DNA of 64,000 bases from contig NW_002060946.1 in NCBI RefSeq assembly GCF_000150275.1, positions 6,114,597 through 6,178,596 of the forward strand, given 5' to 3'. Shown here in pieces: positions 51,151-64,000 of the stretch (position 1 is the first letter of the stretch; each line of letters opens with the position of its first letter). This stretch comes from Trichoplax adhaerens. Its lineage: Eukaryota; Animalia; Placozoa. The notes under the pieces were generated by a model that saw only the letters and a program-made list of their open reading frames with translations, had not been told where the DNA came from and did not search any database. Both the position numbers and the translations under genes were made by a program.

Positions 51151-54100
51151 AACGGATCTAGATTCCCTAGCATTTTAAAAATAGCGTAAATATTAAGTTG
51201 ATTCTGTTTGCAGACTACCAGTTATGATAAAAAATAAGTCATATCCTATAAATTATTACAGCACTACTCGTTTGATAGTAGAAGATACCTTTATATCTAG
51301 TTTATAAATCAAAGATTGAAAAATTGAATAACGTTAATTGTGTTATTATGTCTGCTACTTAGATTAGGAATTCCATCATCAACATTATGTTAAAATTAGT
51401 TATGCTTAATTGGAAGTTGATTTTTTCATTAATTCAGTTAATTATATCATTATATTTTGGCTCCTCATTTCAAACAATGTCATCATCTCGTTCTTTAACA
51501 ATTTCAATATGAGGTTAATAATATTAGGAATGATCATAGCAAACACCTTTTAATTATTCAACCTAATAAAAATGTCCCGATTGATTGAAGCATATTTCAT
51601 ATCACGTATCCTTGACAACGGATATATTGTTATTTTTATTGTTAGTCTCGATCAAGTACCAAGCAAGCACTGAAGACAGAAATCCCCAAAAATATTTGCT
51701 TCAGCTTCCATTGATTCTTCTATTCAATTTCAAAGGCAGAGGGCCTATTTAATTTTAGGTTAATTTGCAATAAGTAATAATAAATCAATTGCCTACTGGA
51801 TAATATTCTGGTGCTCATTAATGTAGATTTGTAAGCGTAGTAATAATTCTCTATCTCAATTGAGAGTAAAATGAATGCTAGACAAACTCATTTAAGCAGT
51901 ACTTGTAAGACGTAATTTAACATTTACAAATCTATAGCACGATATGCTAACAATGGTCATAAGTACATAATGGTACTTTTAATTTCCAACGTTGTACGGC
52001 TCCCAGGATCGCATTATCAATTTCTAGATATGGCTTTCTATATATTAGGAGATTATTTTTAGCTGTAACAATTTCTAATACATGAAATTATTTAATCCTG
52101 ACTCTTTAATTTTTAAAATAATTTTATTCTTGCATGTATTTACCGCTTACCACTAACGATGTCACGATACATAATTAGTAAGAGAAGGGCTAGTATTATA
52201 ATTGTGAGAAATCATTTAATCAGCTGAGAACAATAGTCATAAACGTGACCTTGGTAATTAAACTAGCAATTAATAAAGCTGTTCGCAAGAAAGATTATTT
52301 TGACCATTAGAGCATATTTATTGCATCGTGCTATTGTCGGGTTAAGAGCTCATTCATTCTATTTGCAGAGCCTTGTTGCTTAAAATAACTGAAGCAAATA
52401 AAATGCATAATTACTTAGGGCAATTTTACGTATCTTATATTTGTTGAAACGTAACATATTTATCACGCTTTACTTTCTCCTAAAGAAATTCGATTACGAA
52501 AAATATTACATCTTATTTAATTGGTGTATTAAAAAATATTTTTGATCCGGTTGATTGAGTAATTAACTCTGTTAAAAGTACTATGAACTAAACACATAAA
52601 ATGACACGTTTCCGATTGTGCATCTAAAGATAGAAATGAGGTGAACCTTCAAAATTTTTTAACAACTTGATTTAAGCTCTAATTTCGTTTACTCTTTTGC
52701 TTAAGAGCGAGTAAGAAACTGGTTTAAACTAGTTCAAGATTACTATGTAGCTCTATATCTAGCGCTAGATCTTAGAGATCTGCCAAGAAGAAAATATTTG
52801 GAGTCGGTAGAAACTCATGGTTTAGGATAATAATTAAAATTACGGCATTACCGATACCCCTTTCGTGTATAAATTCACTCCATACTAATAACAAATTCAG
52901 AATATCATTAGAACTTCAAAATTATTTCCTTTCAGCTTTACGAAACTGACTCCCAGATGTTCTAAAACAGCAATTTGATAAATGCTTATTAAACTATAAA
53001 ATCCTTAACCTAGGAAATGAAAAATTTCATTTTTATTATAATTGATATTTAACTTGTGAGATAATTCTGATCATTTTTCTAAGATCTAGAAGTAGGATTT
53101 ATGCAGGTTTATTTCCAGAATAAACGTATAGAGCAATATTAGCTTTGCGATAAGTTATGTTTAGCTACTCAGACTATAAATAGTTTAAATCTGCAAATGT
53201 TGTAATTTTTTATAGATATTATGGAAAGTGTGTCAAAGCAACATCATTGTAACGATAACTATTAACATTAACGTCGACCAAGTTAGCTAAACATGTTATA
53301 ATCAAATTATCTTTACAAAGTTATTTTTATAAAAAATTCATCAATATAGTAACTAGGGTAAGTTATATAGTTTCTAATGAATATGTGGTAGATATGGCAT
53401 GATACGTAAAGATGATTGCATTCTTAATGCCATAATTCTGGGAAAATTGACTTGGAACTTAATTAATTTATCCCGTAGAAATTTTTATTTATAACAATGT
53501 TACAGTGTTAAATACTGTATTACAGTAGAAATAACTATGTTAGGATAATTTTGTTAGACTATCCTTATTTAGTTAACTTCTAATTTGGATATACTGTATT
53601 TTAATATAGCACTGACTTTTTATGACAGTGACACTTATACACATACTGAAATTATAATGGTTATAATAGGGAATGCAAATCATCTGCTTACAGTTCGAAT
53701 CATTGTGATTGTAATTTACTTATGATAGACTGTAAATTATCATGGAAATGTTCCGTGATAGGACATATCGTAATCTGACTATTCTGTATTAGTTATTACA
53801 TGTCTATGTTCGTAAATACTGTTATCTGCATTAAGAGAGCAGTAGCTAAAATTAATATCTAATTCAGTAAATGATTCTAATGTTAATTGTATTAACTATG
53901 ACTCATGAACTATTGAGGAATAGTATATAAATGCAGTATATCGTGAAATAAAGAAGAATTGTCCAACTTAGTGTTTAACGTAAAATACGAGGCGTTTAAG
54001 TCTTTGTGTAGTCTGCTAGTAGAGCAAAAGTGCTCGTGATAGTGCAGATATCGTTCCTTGATACGTAGTTCAAGGAATTGACTTATTGATCGTAGATTAC

Positions 54101-55429
54101 GTTATCTTGTTGCAAAGCTGTTTTGTGACAAACAACAATATTTCCATAATAATTTTATTATTGCAATTATTATTAGGTTAATATTGCAAGTACTTATTAC
54201 AATTTTCGCCCCAGAGTGATTTAAAGTTGAGTTATAGTAAATATTTCTCGACTAAACTTCAATTTAGTAATGGTTATAGATTACTGTCCCAAAAAATTTT
54301 AAGGCTTTACTCAGTGAAGACTTATCTCCTTTATTAAAGTCCAAGAATGCAGACATGAAGGGTGTAGGAGAGTTTAGAGTCTTCATTCAGAAGGAAACCT
54401 AAAATGTGCTAATCGGAATCGTAATATGTATATGATTAAATTAATAATCAATTTTACCACTAATATTTTACCGAAATGTTTATGCTACATGGCTAATGAA
54501 CTATAATACAAGCTAGATAATTAAGAAATGATGCTGTTTTAATTATGTTATGCGCAATATAAGCGGATATATTCTGGAAACTTTTGCTAATCGGTTTTAT
54601 TGCTCTTCCATTACATCTTTAAAGGTTGATCTTACAGGTTATAATCGCCTAACACTGGGATACATCCGCTTCTAGTTATCGCAAATATGAAAATATTAAT
54701 TGTTTGCTAATGTTGATGCCTAACTGCTTAGAAAGCGGCAGAGCTAAAATTTTTCCTTCTTTGATTACAATCAAAAATCTGAGAGCTAAAGCATAGCATT
54801 AAGCATTTCAAGCAGGCAAGATATTTGTGGCATCATGAGTAAAGCTTTCCTCTTTTCTTGTAGATATATGTAGGGCTTATAATTTTCGGTTACTGCTTAA
54901 TACTGATTTTGTTTACTTGGCTAATATACGTAAATATCTTGCTGAAAGTAAAAGCAAGCTATGCTATATCTTGCAAGATTTCTGTATCATTTGATAAAAT
55001 ATTTCTTAAATCTATTAAATGCAGCCATAACATTCTTATATGTTTATCAGCGATTCGCGTAGATTGATCAGGACGGCTTTAGACTCCCACTGGCAAAGTT
55101 TCTGTATCAAAATCTATCTTAGCAGTCATATTTCTAGTAAAACTTTAATGATCTATAGAATACTTAAAAAATCTCGAGGTCTGCTCTGCATTTCAATTAG
55201 CTAGTTCAAAACTTAGGTTATGGTTAGACACTTTTCATAGGTTGAAATCTAGATCTTGACGTAATAGTACATTAAAGCAATATTTTATATCATATATTAT
55301 CTTTTTTGCCCATATGTGATGATTATCACGGTAAATAATTGTTATGTGTTTGCATAAGACATCATCTGTTAATGGAATTGTCTTCGGAAAAACATTAAAG
55401 TCTTTATAGCATGTTACATCATTGCATGG

Positions 55430-55800
55430 TTATGATGCCTTTCCTTGGTGTTTGTTGCAACTGAATTTGTTTCTTTCCGTTATGTTCATAATAAAAGATA
55501 GTGTCTATAGAGTTAATTAAATAAATAATCCCCGCATGAATCATTCACTATGTATGAATTCACTCCAAAGACTCTCGATCTATGACTTGGCCTTTACGGT
55601 AGATGTCTTGCCGCACTTATTTTCGATTCGTAAGTTGAAAGTAATGTTCTCATTATCATAATCACTTCATTACTTCCTAGAAAAGAATAAAATTGATAGC
55701 AGAAATATCATTATAGTAATAGTAAAAGACTATTACTTGGTCATTACACATACCTATCGAAACTTTAACTCAAAATTAGTCCTGCAATTAGATATTATTT
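55430..55800 (+). pseudogene. Decayed class A GPCR (TM1-TM4)
   Basis: FLGVCCN*ICF (TM1). In one frame from 55554: LQRLSIYDLAFTVDVLPHL (LxxxD, P2.59)...IIVIVKDYYLVITHTYR (DRY site at 55728), then II* (W4.50). Confidence 0.7.
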
Positions 55801-57188
55801 GATAGCCGTGTTCGTAAATCAGTAGAACGTACTACCGTAATTAAGCTGACAGTCACTAGCTAAGAGCTATCTTAGTAAAAGAAATGATATTAAAATTGCT
55901 ATTTACTTGAGTCAGATAAATCTTACTAAATGCATTACTTCCAAGCTTTAAATTTGAAAGTTGATTTTGAAGATATTCGATAAATTTTTATGCTTTATTA
56001 AAATACTACAACAAAATCGAAGGAAATATGACATCTTATAGATAATTACTCTCACATAAGTTCGTGCAATCTAATAAAGATAAAAATATCCTAAATTTTC
56101 GTCGTAGGAAAACATCAGATTTATACTATGCCCGACACGTGTAGGAATAATGTGGCTAGCCGATAGAAGCTAATTTTCTTGCTTCTTACTTCATAATTAA
56201 ACTGGTATGGACATCTCTTCTCAATTGATTTTGCTAAAAGAAAGCAATATTTCCTAATTTCATAAATTACTAAAGAAAATATTGCAAAGACATTATTTAT
56301 GTATTTTGTGATACTATTATCAGCTACTGCAATATGATCAGAATTACAATATTACAGATGATAAAAAATATTTCGCTATCTGGGGTAATTCAAAATAAAA
56401 AGAATATTGATATTCGCAAGAAAAAGGATTCTCTTTAGTCACAGCCGTTGCAAAGTAAATAAACTATGAATATCTATATTTTGCAAGCGCAGGTAGTAAT
56501 TAGTCTATTAAATTATGGATCAGTGATACACTGTATAGTGTATTATTCATAGTATATTCAATTTTTATTTCATATCGAATTTTATTTAATTTTCGAAAAG
56601 TGAAGCTCCATAATTTCACAAAGTTGCTAATTAGACATGGAGAAATCATTCAATTAACGTTATTTTCGATAAATCATAAAACAGAACTGCGTGAATTAAA
56701 TTAGATTTCATAGTACCGGTGCGCAATTTAAATAGTAAATAAGTAATTAAAACTATTGAGTCATTTTCTCTAGCTATATATATTTCATATTAATAAGATG
56801 AAAGTTAGACAATATCATTGGCCATCGTAATTAATAAACACTTTACACTACATTATTATATTGTTTTTAGCTATAAATCAATGCTACTCTGTATCATAAT
56901 AATTACTAAAATAGTCCTTTATCATTGAAAAGCTTTATCTTCAAAATTATAGAAAGATATGAGAATTTCGACAGCGAGATCCTCGGCTAGATCGTATAAT
57001 TTCTTAATGTAATGATTTAGTGGACTTACCGTACTGTATCTACACATGTATTTCAATAGAAAATAATAAATTAAAAAATATGTAATTTCCATTAGCTATT
57101 AAGTTCATATTCTCTCGTTTGTTTGCTACACTTATTTAATGAATCCGTACCATATTTTTTATTTATTTTAGGAAATAGAAACCTATGA

Positions 57189-57443
57189 TTGCAGGATATA
57201 AATAATATTTACTACGTACAAATATGTTCTCTGCTCTCTGACGAGTCTATCTACCTGTATTTCAATCTTTTCTATGAATGGATTGAGCCTCGTACATTAC
57301 CTTCATTACTTTACGGAACTGAAGTGATCATGGAGATAACTACCAATCTTGATACATATCGAAAGGATACTTTGCAGCTTCCCAGAAGCTATTTAATTTT
57401 ATCAGTTAGTAAAAAAATTTCCGTGACTATTCCTCTGAAGTAA
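57189..57443 (+). pseudogene. Possible GPCR ECL2-TM6 relic (short ORF)
   Basis: CSLLSDESIYLYFNLFYEWIEPRTLPSLLYG (C, then P-x7-Y) and RSYLILSV..IP. LDR occurs upstream near 56990. Confidence 0.3.
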
Positions 57444-57759
57444 CTGAATAATAAAACTTATAAGATCGATGTAATTTACTAATACCACATGCAAATTATA
57501 ATAGTTATTATTTTGATTAATTATTCTGATAACTAGTCTAATTTAAGAAGCAAGTGACGATCTAAATAACAAGGCATTGGAAAATACAATAGATATACCA
57601 GTTAGGGTTGAATGACGCATGTTTTCATAAAGATTTAAAGCAAATACATCAAAATCTGTACATAAATTAGGTTATGCGTATGCTATTATTATGTATAGCT
57701 CTCTGTCCCATTTTTATAATTTAATATTGTCATTATTGGGTATACTATGCATAATTTAT

Positions 57760-58140
57760 AGGATGTTGTAATGGTAATACCCTCACTTAGCATAATTACT
57801 ACGAATACATCCATGAGATAGTGATAAGACACAGCCTCTAGTTGTACAGGTATTACTCACTATAATTATCCCGTCTATGCCATAAAGCTGAAATAATAGA
57901 AAGTATGTTACAGTTCTACAACTTTTCTTGGCTCATAGATCAAGACCAACATAGATAGTATCCAACATTATGTAAGATAAGCCAGCTGCTATAACCTACT
58001 TTGGCGTTTAATACTTATGTCCGATTTAGTGATCCAGCACTCTCTTCTTGAATAAATTGCAGTATGTATCTGTTCATTCAGTTTAATATGCTAATACTCA
58101 CTTTTGCTCTTTCCTAGTAACGGTAGCCATTAGCATTCGT
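57760..58140 (+). pseudogene. Candidate GPCR relic (TM1-TM4)
   Basis: IGCCNGNTLT (GN at 57773), LSRLCHKAEII, PTLCKISQLL (C at 57971), LILTFALS**R*PL. Confidence 0.42.
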
Positions 58141-59099
58141 TTGTATCAAAGCTGTAAAAATCGTAATGCTAGACGTATAATTGGAATACATATCAATTAA
58201 ATATAGCCAGAAATACTTATTGATTTATTGAAGCAAGATAACCTAATTTCTATTCTATTTTATGTTAAATATTGTATTCTGATTAGATAATATTTATATA
58301 CCATCTAATGATGCCGATTAAGCAAAGCCATATATTATCCAAAGAAAGACCAAGCATAATCAGAATTTTGCTGGGATAAGAGCTATATTTGTTTCTAAAA
58401 AGAGCATTCTACTCGACGTTGCGGATGTAATCTAGTATGGGATCTAGCTTTAATATCATTAATGTAATTATATTTTCAAAGTCTTATTAAGTATTACTAG
58501 CAAAATATCCGATTTAATGAAATAGTGGTTATGAATAAAGTTGCAAATTAGTTTATGTTTGTTTTTTCTTGTTGTTAACTAATACATTCGAAATCAAATG
58601 TAAGATTAATTCGTAGATATATGTAGTATGCTAGTAGCTTTATCAAATAGACGCAAATATTAACATTGCGGTAATACACTTTTCAACAGTTTATAACGAT
58701 AAGCTTCTGTTTTCAAATTTTGAATTCATTTCTAACTTACGATAATTTCATACCTTAAGACAGCGTAAATTATATGATTACCTTTATTGCATAATAATTC
58801 TGTTTACATGAAAGATAATGAACGATAGTATGCCCGTGAATAGCATGACAAATCCTATTAGAATATCATGCTGACTAAAGTAGAAATTTCAAATTAGTTT
58901 AAGATCATGCCTGTAATATCAAGTTTTAAAAATATTCACAAAGATATCCAATAGAAATTTTTACGTATAAATAAAATCAGTAACTGTCATAGTAAAAAAT
59001 ACAATGATCATCATACAGGGCGTTTTATATAAGGGATAGATTTATCTTATTTGAAGTGTAACTGTTTTTATTCGTAATCATGACTATTTTGCATTCAGA

Positions 59100-59330
59100 T
59101 CAGAAAGTATTATTGCATTTTCTGATTTTCTGATCCTTTTTATCGTTATCTGGGTATTCTTATTAGATCCATAGTCATTCAAATTTTTTGGTTTCTTCAA
59201 TGAATGAATTTACCAACTATACGAAGCAGGATATGCCGGTTCAGGTTTTAGCGTCTGTTGAACTGCGAAAATTTTATACTGATATTCTTCTTCCTTACAA
59301 GTATTAAGCTAAATCGCACAGAAAAGTAAT
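59100..59330 (+). pseudogene. Candidate GPCR relic (TM2-TM3)
   Basis: IIAFSDFLILFIVIW (D at 59124); NCENFILIFFFLTSIKLNRTEK* (C at 59264). Confidence 0.45.
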
Positions 59331-60224
59331 GATATGTGTATAGTATATAGGATGGTACATGAAAGATCGTTTAGATATGATTAAGTCTGATCTTGTTAGC
59401 AGTATATCCTAAACAGTTTTGGGCATAATCCGATTGCTTGTTTACTACTTTTAATTCACGCCTTTTCAAAATAATTTTGTGGCCAGATTTACTCTCTAGC
59501 AATATGATTCAAAGATATCAAACGATTTGATATTGTAGAAGCCATTCTAAAAGATGACTTTATTTTGTTTCACAAGGAACATAAAATACGGTTTATGTAA
59601 TACATCAATCGTAAAATTGAAGCTCTGTGATAATATTATTTTAATGTATGTCAACATCTGGCGAAAAATAGCCGCCTATAGCCACGCTTTGCAGGCAAGC
59701 AAAGATTATCTAGTTTGGTAAAGATTATTTTCAAGTATTGTTTTGCGTATATTACAAAAGAGCTCTTCATCGAAATATAATTATTATTGCAGGATATTAG
59801 ATTTAAAAATAAATAAATTTCAGTCTCTCTGTCATTACGTAGAAAATTGTATGTATCCTCTTTAAGACTTTGTTGCTGGTTGTAACGGTTCCTGGTAAAT
59901 TATAGATGTTTTACTAACCTAGAATATGACGACATATACGGATAAAAACAATTCTAATTCTTTTATTATCATTTCATTTTTCATATCAAACAATTGTTTA
60001 CATGGAAGATTGTATAATTATCTTTCTGATTATATTTATTTGTACGAACTGGGTAAAATTTACGAGTACCTTAGCTAATTTTCAGATCCGCAAATATCAA
60101 AAGACAGGAAGACAGACTACAATATCAATCTAGAAGACTTTGAATGCATAGTTATTAGTTTGGGAATAATTATTTAATCTCTATATTGTTTATCAAAGTT
60201 AAAATATGAGCAGAGAGAAATAAG

Positions 60225-60650
60225 ATTTTTATTTGCACTTTTTACTACGGAATGGGAATCGCAATGGTGGCATCATGTTTTTATGTTTGTTAAGTATTGA
60301 TAGGAAGCTGCTATTACACAATGGACTTTTAATTAATTATCATTAATTGGATTTTGCCCAAATCAAATAGTGGGGAGATTTTACAAATGATAGCATTCTG
60401 CTCGCTTTGATTTTAAGCGAGAACAGACATCATATAATCTAGTAATAATTTATGACTCTTACCGCTATTAACTCTATATAATTGTCACAAACCAGCTTCG
60501 TGACAAGGATAACGTAAAACAAATCTCTAAATTACTATAGTCTCCGGGATTCAGTATCCCTTAACTACCTCACAAGAATTTAGACGCCTTTGATTCTACG
60601 TTAAACTCAACTAGACAATTGAGAACTGCGTTATTCAACTATCTGACGGG
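60225..60650 (+). pseudogene. Deletion-compacted class A GPCR relic (TM3-H8)
   Basis: ICTFYYGMGIAMVAS/MFLCLLSIDR; AAIT; LIIINWILP; LLPL/LYIIVTNQLR; GFSIP*LPH; LNS-TRQLRTALFNYL. All in order within about 420 nt. Confidence 0.55.
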
Positions 60651-61439
60651 CTTATATACCCCTCTACAGCAGCTAACATTCATGAGTCATCTTATAAAAA
60701 TTCTTAGGTGAGAACATCTACTAACTAATTTTTCACAGTCGGACTACAATATGTCCATTCACAGAATCATTTCAGTACACATTACAGCACAGCATTAAAT
60801 TTACTGTAACACATTTATAATTAGAATGATTCCTACTGTAAGTAACTAGTTGTAATATATTATCACTATATTATATTAACCAAATTTAGATAGCTATTTT
60901 TTCACGGTAGTTCGTACCGTGACAATAATATATCATATCATGAAAACTACTAGATCAGCGTAAAATTAGACAACCTAAATAAATCTATATCTTTATCTTC
61001 GATACTTATTGAACGTAGTTTGGATACCGTATAGAATAAAATTTTAAAAGGATCTTACAAGATGACAGATGAAAAGTTTTAAGAATTGTAATCTGCATAT
61101 TATTAGAATTTATAAGGAGAGACCAAAATAATAAGAGCTGTCAACCAATTATTAATTGATCATTCATAAAAGAGAAATAATTTCTTCCAAGTGATTTATT
61201 CGTATGCCATATTAAACATAATTGTTTATCAATCCTTATTTCCCTTCTGTGGATGAAAAATTACTAAAATAGACTGATTAGGAATTAGTTTCTATTGCGA
61301 TAGAAATAGTAATGGTATGATAGTAATTCATCCATAGCTTCAACAACCATTGCTAAAATGCGATTAAGTTTCTACTCTGATATGATATAAGTGTTAGTTA
61401 TTAAATTTCAAGAACAAAGAAAATCGTGATTGAAAAAGC

Positions 61440-62282
61440 AGGTGAGAAGTTGAAGCTATTTGATTTCATTGCTGTAAGAACTATTCCAGATGTCGTTTAG
61501 TGTATAGATATTTATTCTTAGTCACCGCTTAACGTTGAAAAAGTGATTAATCATAAAAAATACTTCGAAAACTTCTCAATACCTTCGTAATTTATCGTTG
61601 TTGAATGGATGATTATCAAATTGAGAAAAAATACAAATATCGAAGTAAGAATTCTTTATTATTGTATTGAATGGCATGATTTGACTCATAGCTATTTTAC
61701 TACCGTTCGACATCTTAATCCATAAATCTCTACGTGAAGTTACAGAATCTAAATGATCTTTGATGAAATATAACTATTTGTAAGCAAAGCAAAGCAAAAC
61801 AATAATAAATTTTTTAATAGTAGAGATTTTATGACTTGCATTGAGTGGAACAATAACGCTGTAAGCTGACTGTACAATTAGCAATTTTCTGTCAGCTATC
61901 CGATAACTGACCGCTCCCTCGTTATTATTAGGCCATATTTGACATAGACATATGTCTTTCGAGATCAATATAAATAATGAACGAAGTCTTTAGTAAATTA
62001 ATATATAGATCCTCTCTATTAAAATATAAAGCAACTTATGGTTAAGCTGAATAAGTATCCGATGGCATTAATCAGACAATATTATAAATACCAGTGATTT
62101 CTCTTTAAAAATATGGAAATATGTATGATAGAATAGATATACTCGGTATTGGTGTATTCCAAGTCTACTATCCAATTAATAAAGTTGCATGATGCCGCAA
62201 CTATCGCACTAGAACCATTTTGTTCTGATGTAGATTTTTTGATATATAACCTACGATAATCAAAAAAATGATTCAGCTCCAT
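61440..62282 (-). pseudogene. Decayed near-full-length class A GPCR
   Basis: ORF 62082-62282: M...NGSSAIVAASCNFINWIV (TM1). ORF 61774-61968: LCQIW..IADR..YSVIVPL..ISTIKKFIIVLLC. Then IMPFNTII..SYFDI (TM5) and SNSFNFSP (TM7). Confidence 0.55.
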
Positions 62283-64000
62283 ATTTATGCTTATGGACGT
62301 GATTCTCCTTCTAAATAGTCCATGATAACTAAATTAGATATTTTTAGGAGTGAATGCAGATTGAAATTAAATTTTATGAACTCTTCTACTACGGATAATA
62401 TAGGCATTGAGTCTAAAGATTATCATTATCTTCTAGGAATAAATAGTTAGCAGTTATAAGAGATTAGAATAAATTAGTGGCTGCAAGTTTACTCATGTGA
62501 GCCTTAAATTCACTTACAGTACTTTAGTTTCATACGATGTCTTTCAAATCCTAGCAATTACATTTCATTAAATTAAATAGTAGGTTTACGAGACAACGTT
62601 ATAAAGATTTTGTAATCTTGATGTTTTTGTTAAGCTAATACTATATTAAATAACTACTGGTGTTTATTAGTAATAGGAGTCCGTAAAAATAATTATTTCA
62701 GATCTAAATCTTAAGCCGAAGTAGGTCGATCATCTTCATTTGAAGTTACATAGGTTTTCATCTGCTAATATTGACACATCGTCATCACATTGGAATTTAT
62801 CTAACCACAACTTTAATGCGAAGTTCTTTTTCATATTAGTTCATAGTTGCTAAAGATTGCCCAACCGTCATAATCAGACAGATATTGAAGCTAAGTACAG
62901 ATATACTAATTAATGCTGTATAGACTATAGCTTACGGTAAGCATTAATAAACGTAGATCATCCTATGTGAAAAACACTGACTAGCAGTTTGCATTATTTT
63001 GCTAAATGACATTATTTGATTCAGAAGCATGTTATTATTGAGAATTACGGTAATATGTCAACTCCTTAGAATCAGTGCTTTATTATTCCTCAGGTTAGTT
63101 CTAGCTGACACCGTTTAAATTGAGTTTAAGAATCATGGCTAAACTTGCTAATAATTAATTAATTGGCTGAGGGAAATTATAAGCAGCTTCTAGCTCTATC
63201 TGAGGTGATTTGGACATCGTATTAATCTACGTACGCGTAATGATGGTAAAAAATTGTCGTACAGCAATCTCTGAAATTTCAAGTTTTGAGCAGCACTATC
63301 AGGTACCATAAATTTATGATGGATTTTAGATTGCTATACCGTAATGCAAAAATTTCCATTTTTAACATGTCTTATAATCTACGAAAATGGGGGGGAGGGG
63401 TAAGAAACGCATGCATTGTTATTGGGAACAAGTTATGACGCTTAATCTACTTTGACAGTTTGTACAACCGATAGTTATCCATTTAATATTGTACAGATAA
63501 GAGAAAGTAAACCTTAGTAAATTTGTAGAAACATGCACGGTAGTGCATAATTGCGGTAAATCTCACAACGTAACCATAGTATAGTTATTGCAGTTTTGAG
63601 CCCTTAAAGAAATCTTAGATTACTGTATATCATGTGTTTGATGAACTATCAATATCCCCCCCCCGTGTAATTAAGTGCAGTACCACATTAACCATGACTT
63701 TAAAAGTCATTTGGCTACTGTACCAAGGACTATTGAAGTACAGTATACGGAAAAACTAATTTTAATTTATGAGATCTGTATGATACGAAGATAGAGAAAT
63801 CAATTTCAGTAACCCCAGCAAAACAAAATATTATTGGCACGTTTCGTCTTTTTTATTTGCTGTAGCTGATTTATGCTATTATCATACACCATTATTTAAT
63901 TCCACTTTTATAGTGATACGGAACTGATAATAATAGCTGAAATTGGCACCGTACTAAGTGTAGTGTAAACATGACTTAATGCTTCATGGACATTAGTGGA

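Noticed and set aside
60483-60513. tgtcacaa-N5-cttc-gtgacaagg-taac resembles 22341-22371 in the putative LTR
   Set aside because: The flanks do not align and it falls inside a GPCR relic; probably a chance palindrome.
63388-63664. G-run and C-run flanking about 270 bp as a MITE
   Set aside because: Complementarity is limited to homopolymer, with no target-site duplication or second copy.

Overview
AT-rich eukaryotic (animal-like) genomic DNA with one 50-N assembly gap (14686-14735). No rRNA, tRNA, CRISPR or prokaryotic signals were seen. The only clearly intact genes are four paralogous single-exon class A (rhodopsin-type) GPCRs, all on the minus strand (8.3-9.3, 16.3-17.3, 25.5-26.5 and 42.4-43.4 kb). 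They share an unusual set of altered microswitches: D2.50N, DRY to EKF/DKL, W6.48Q and NPxxY to SPIIY. Manual translation of the apparently empty spacers shows roughly 25 candidate GPCR pseudogene relics broken by stops, frameshifts and deletions. Most lie on the plus strand, and several carry canonical motifs the intact genes lack. The spacers also hold a Gypsy/Ty3 integrase C-terminus with a putative PPT and 3' LTR, candidate decayed Death-domain and CARD fragments, and several local duplications and hairpins. The composition and intronless GPCR array suggest a basal metazoan such as a placozoan; this is inference, not verified. All relic calls were read by eye and need HMM or frameshift-aware confirmation against a shuffled-sequence null.
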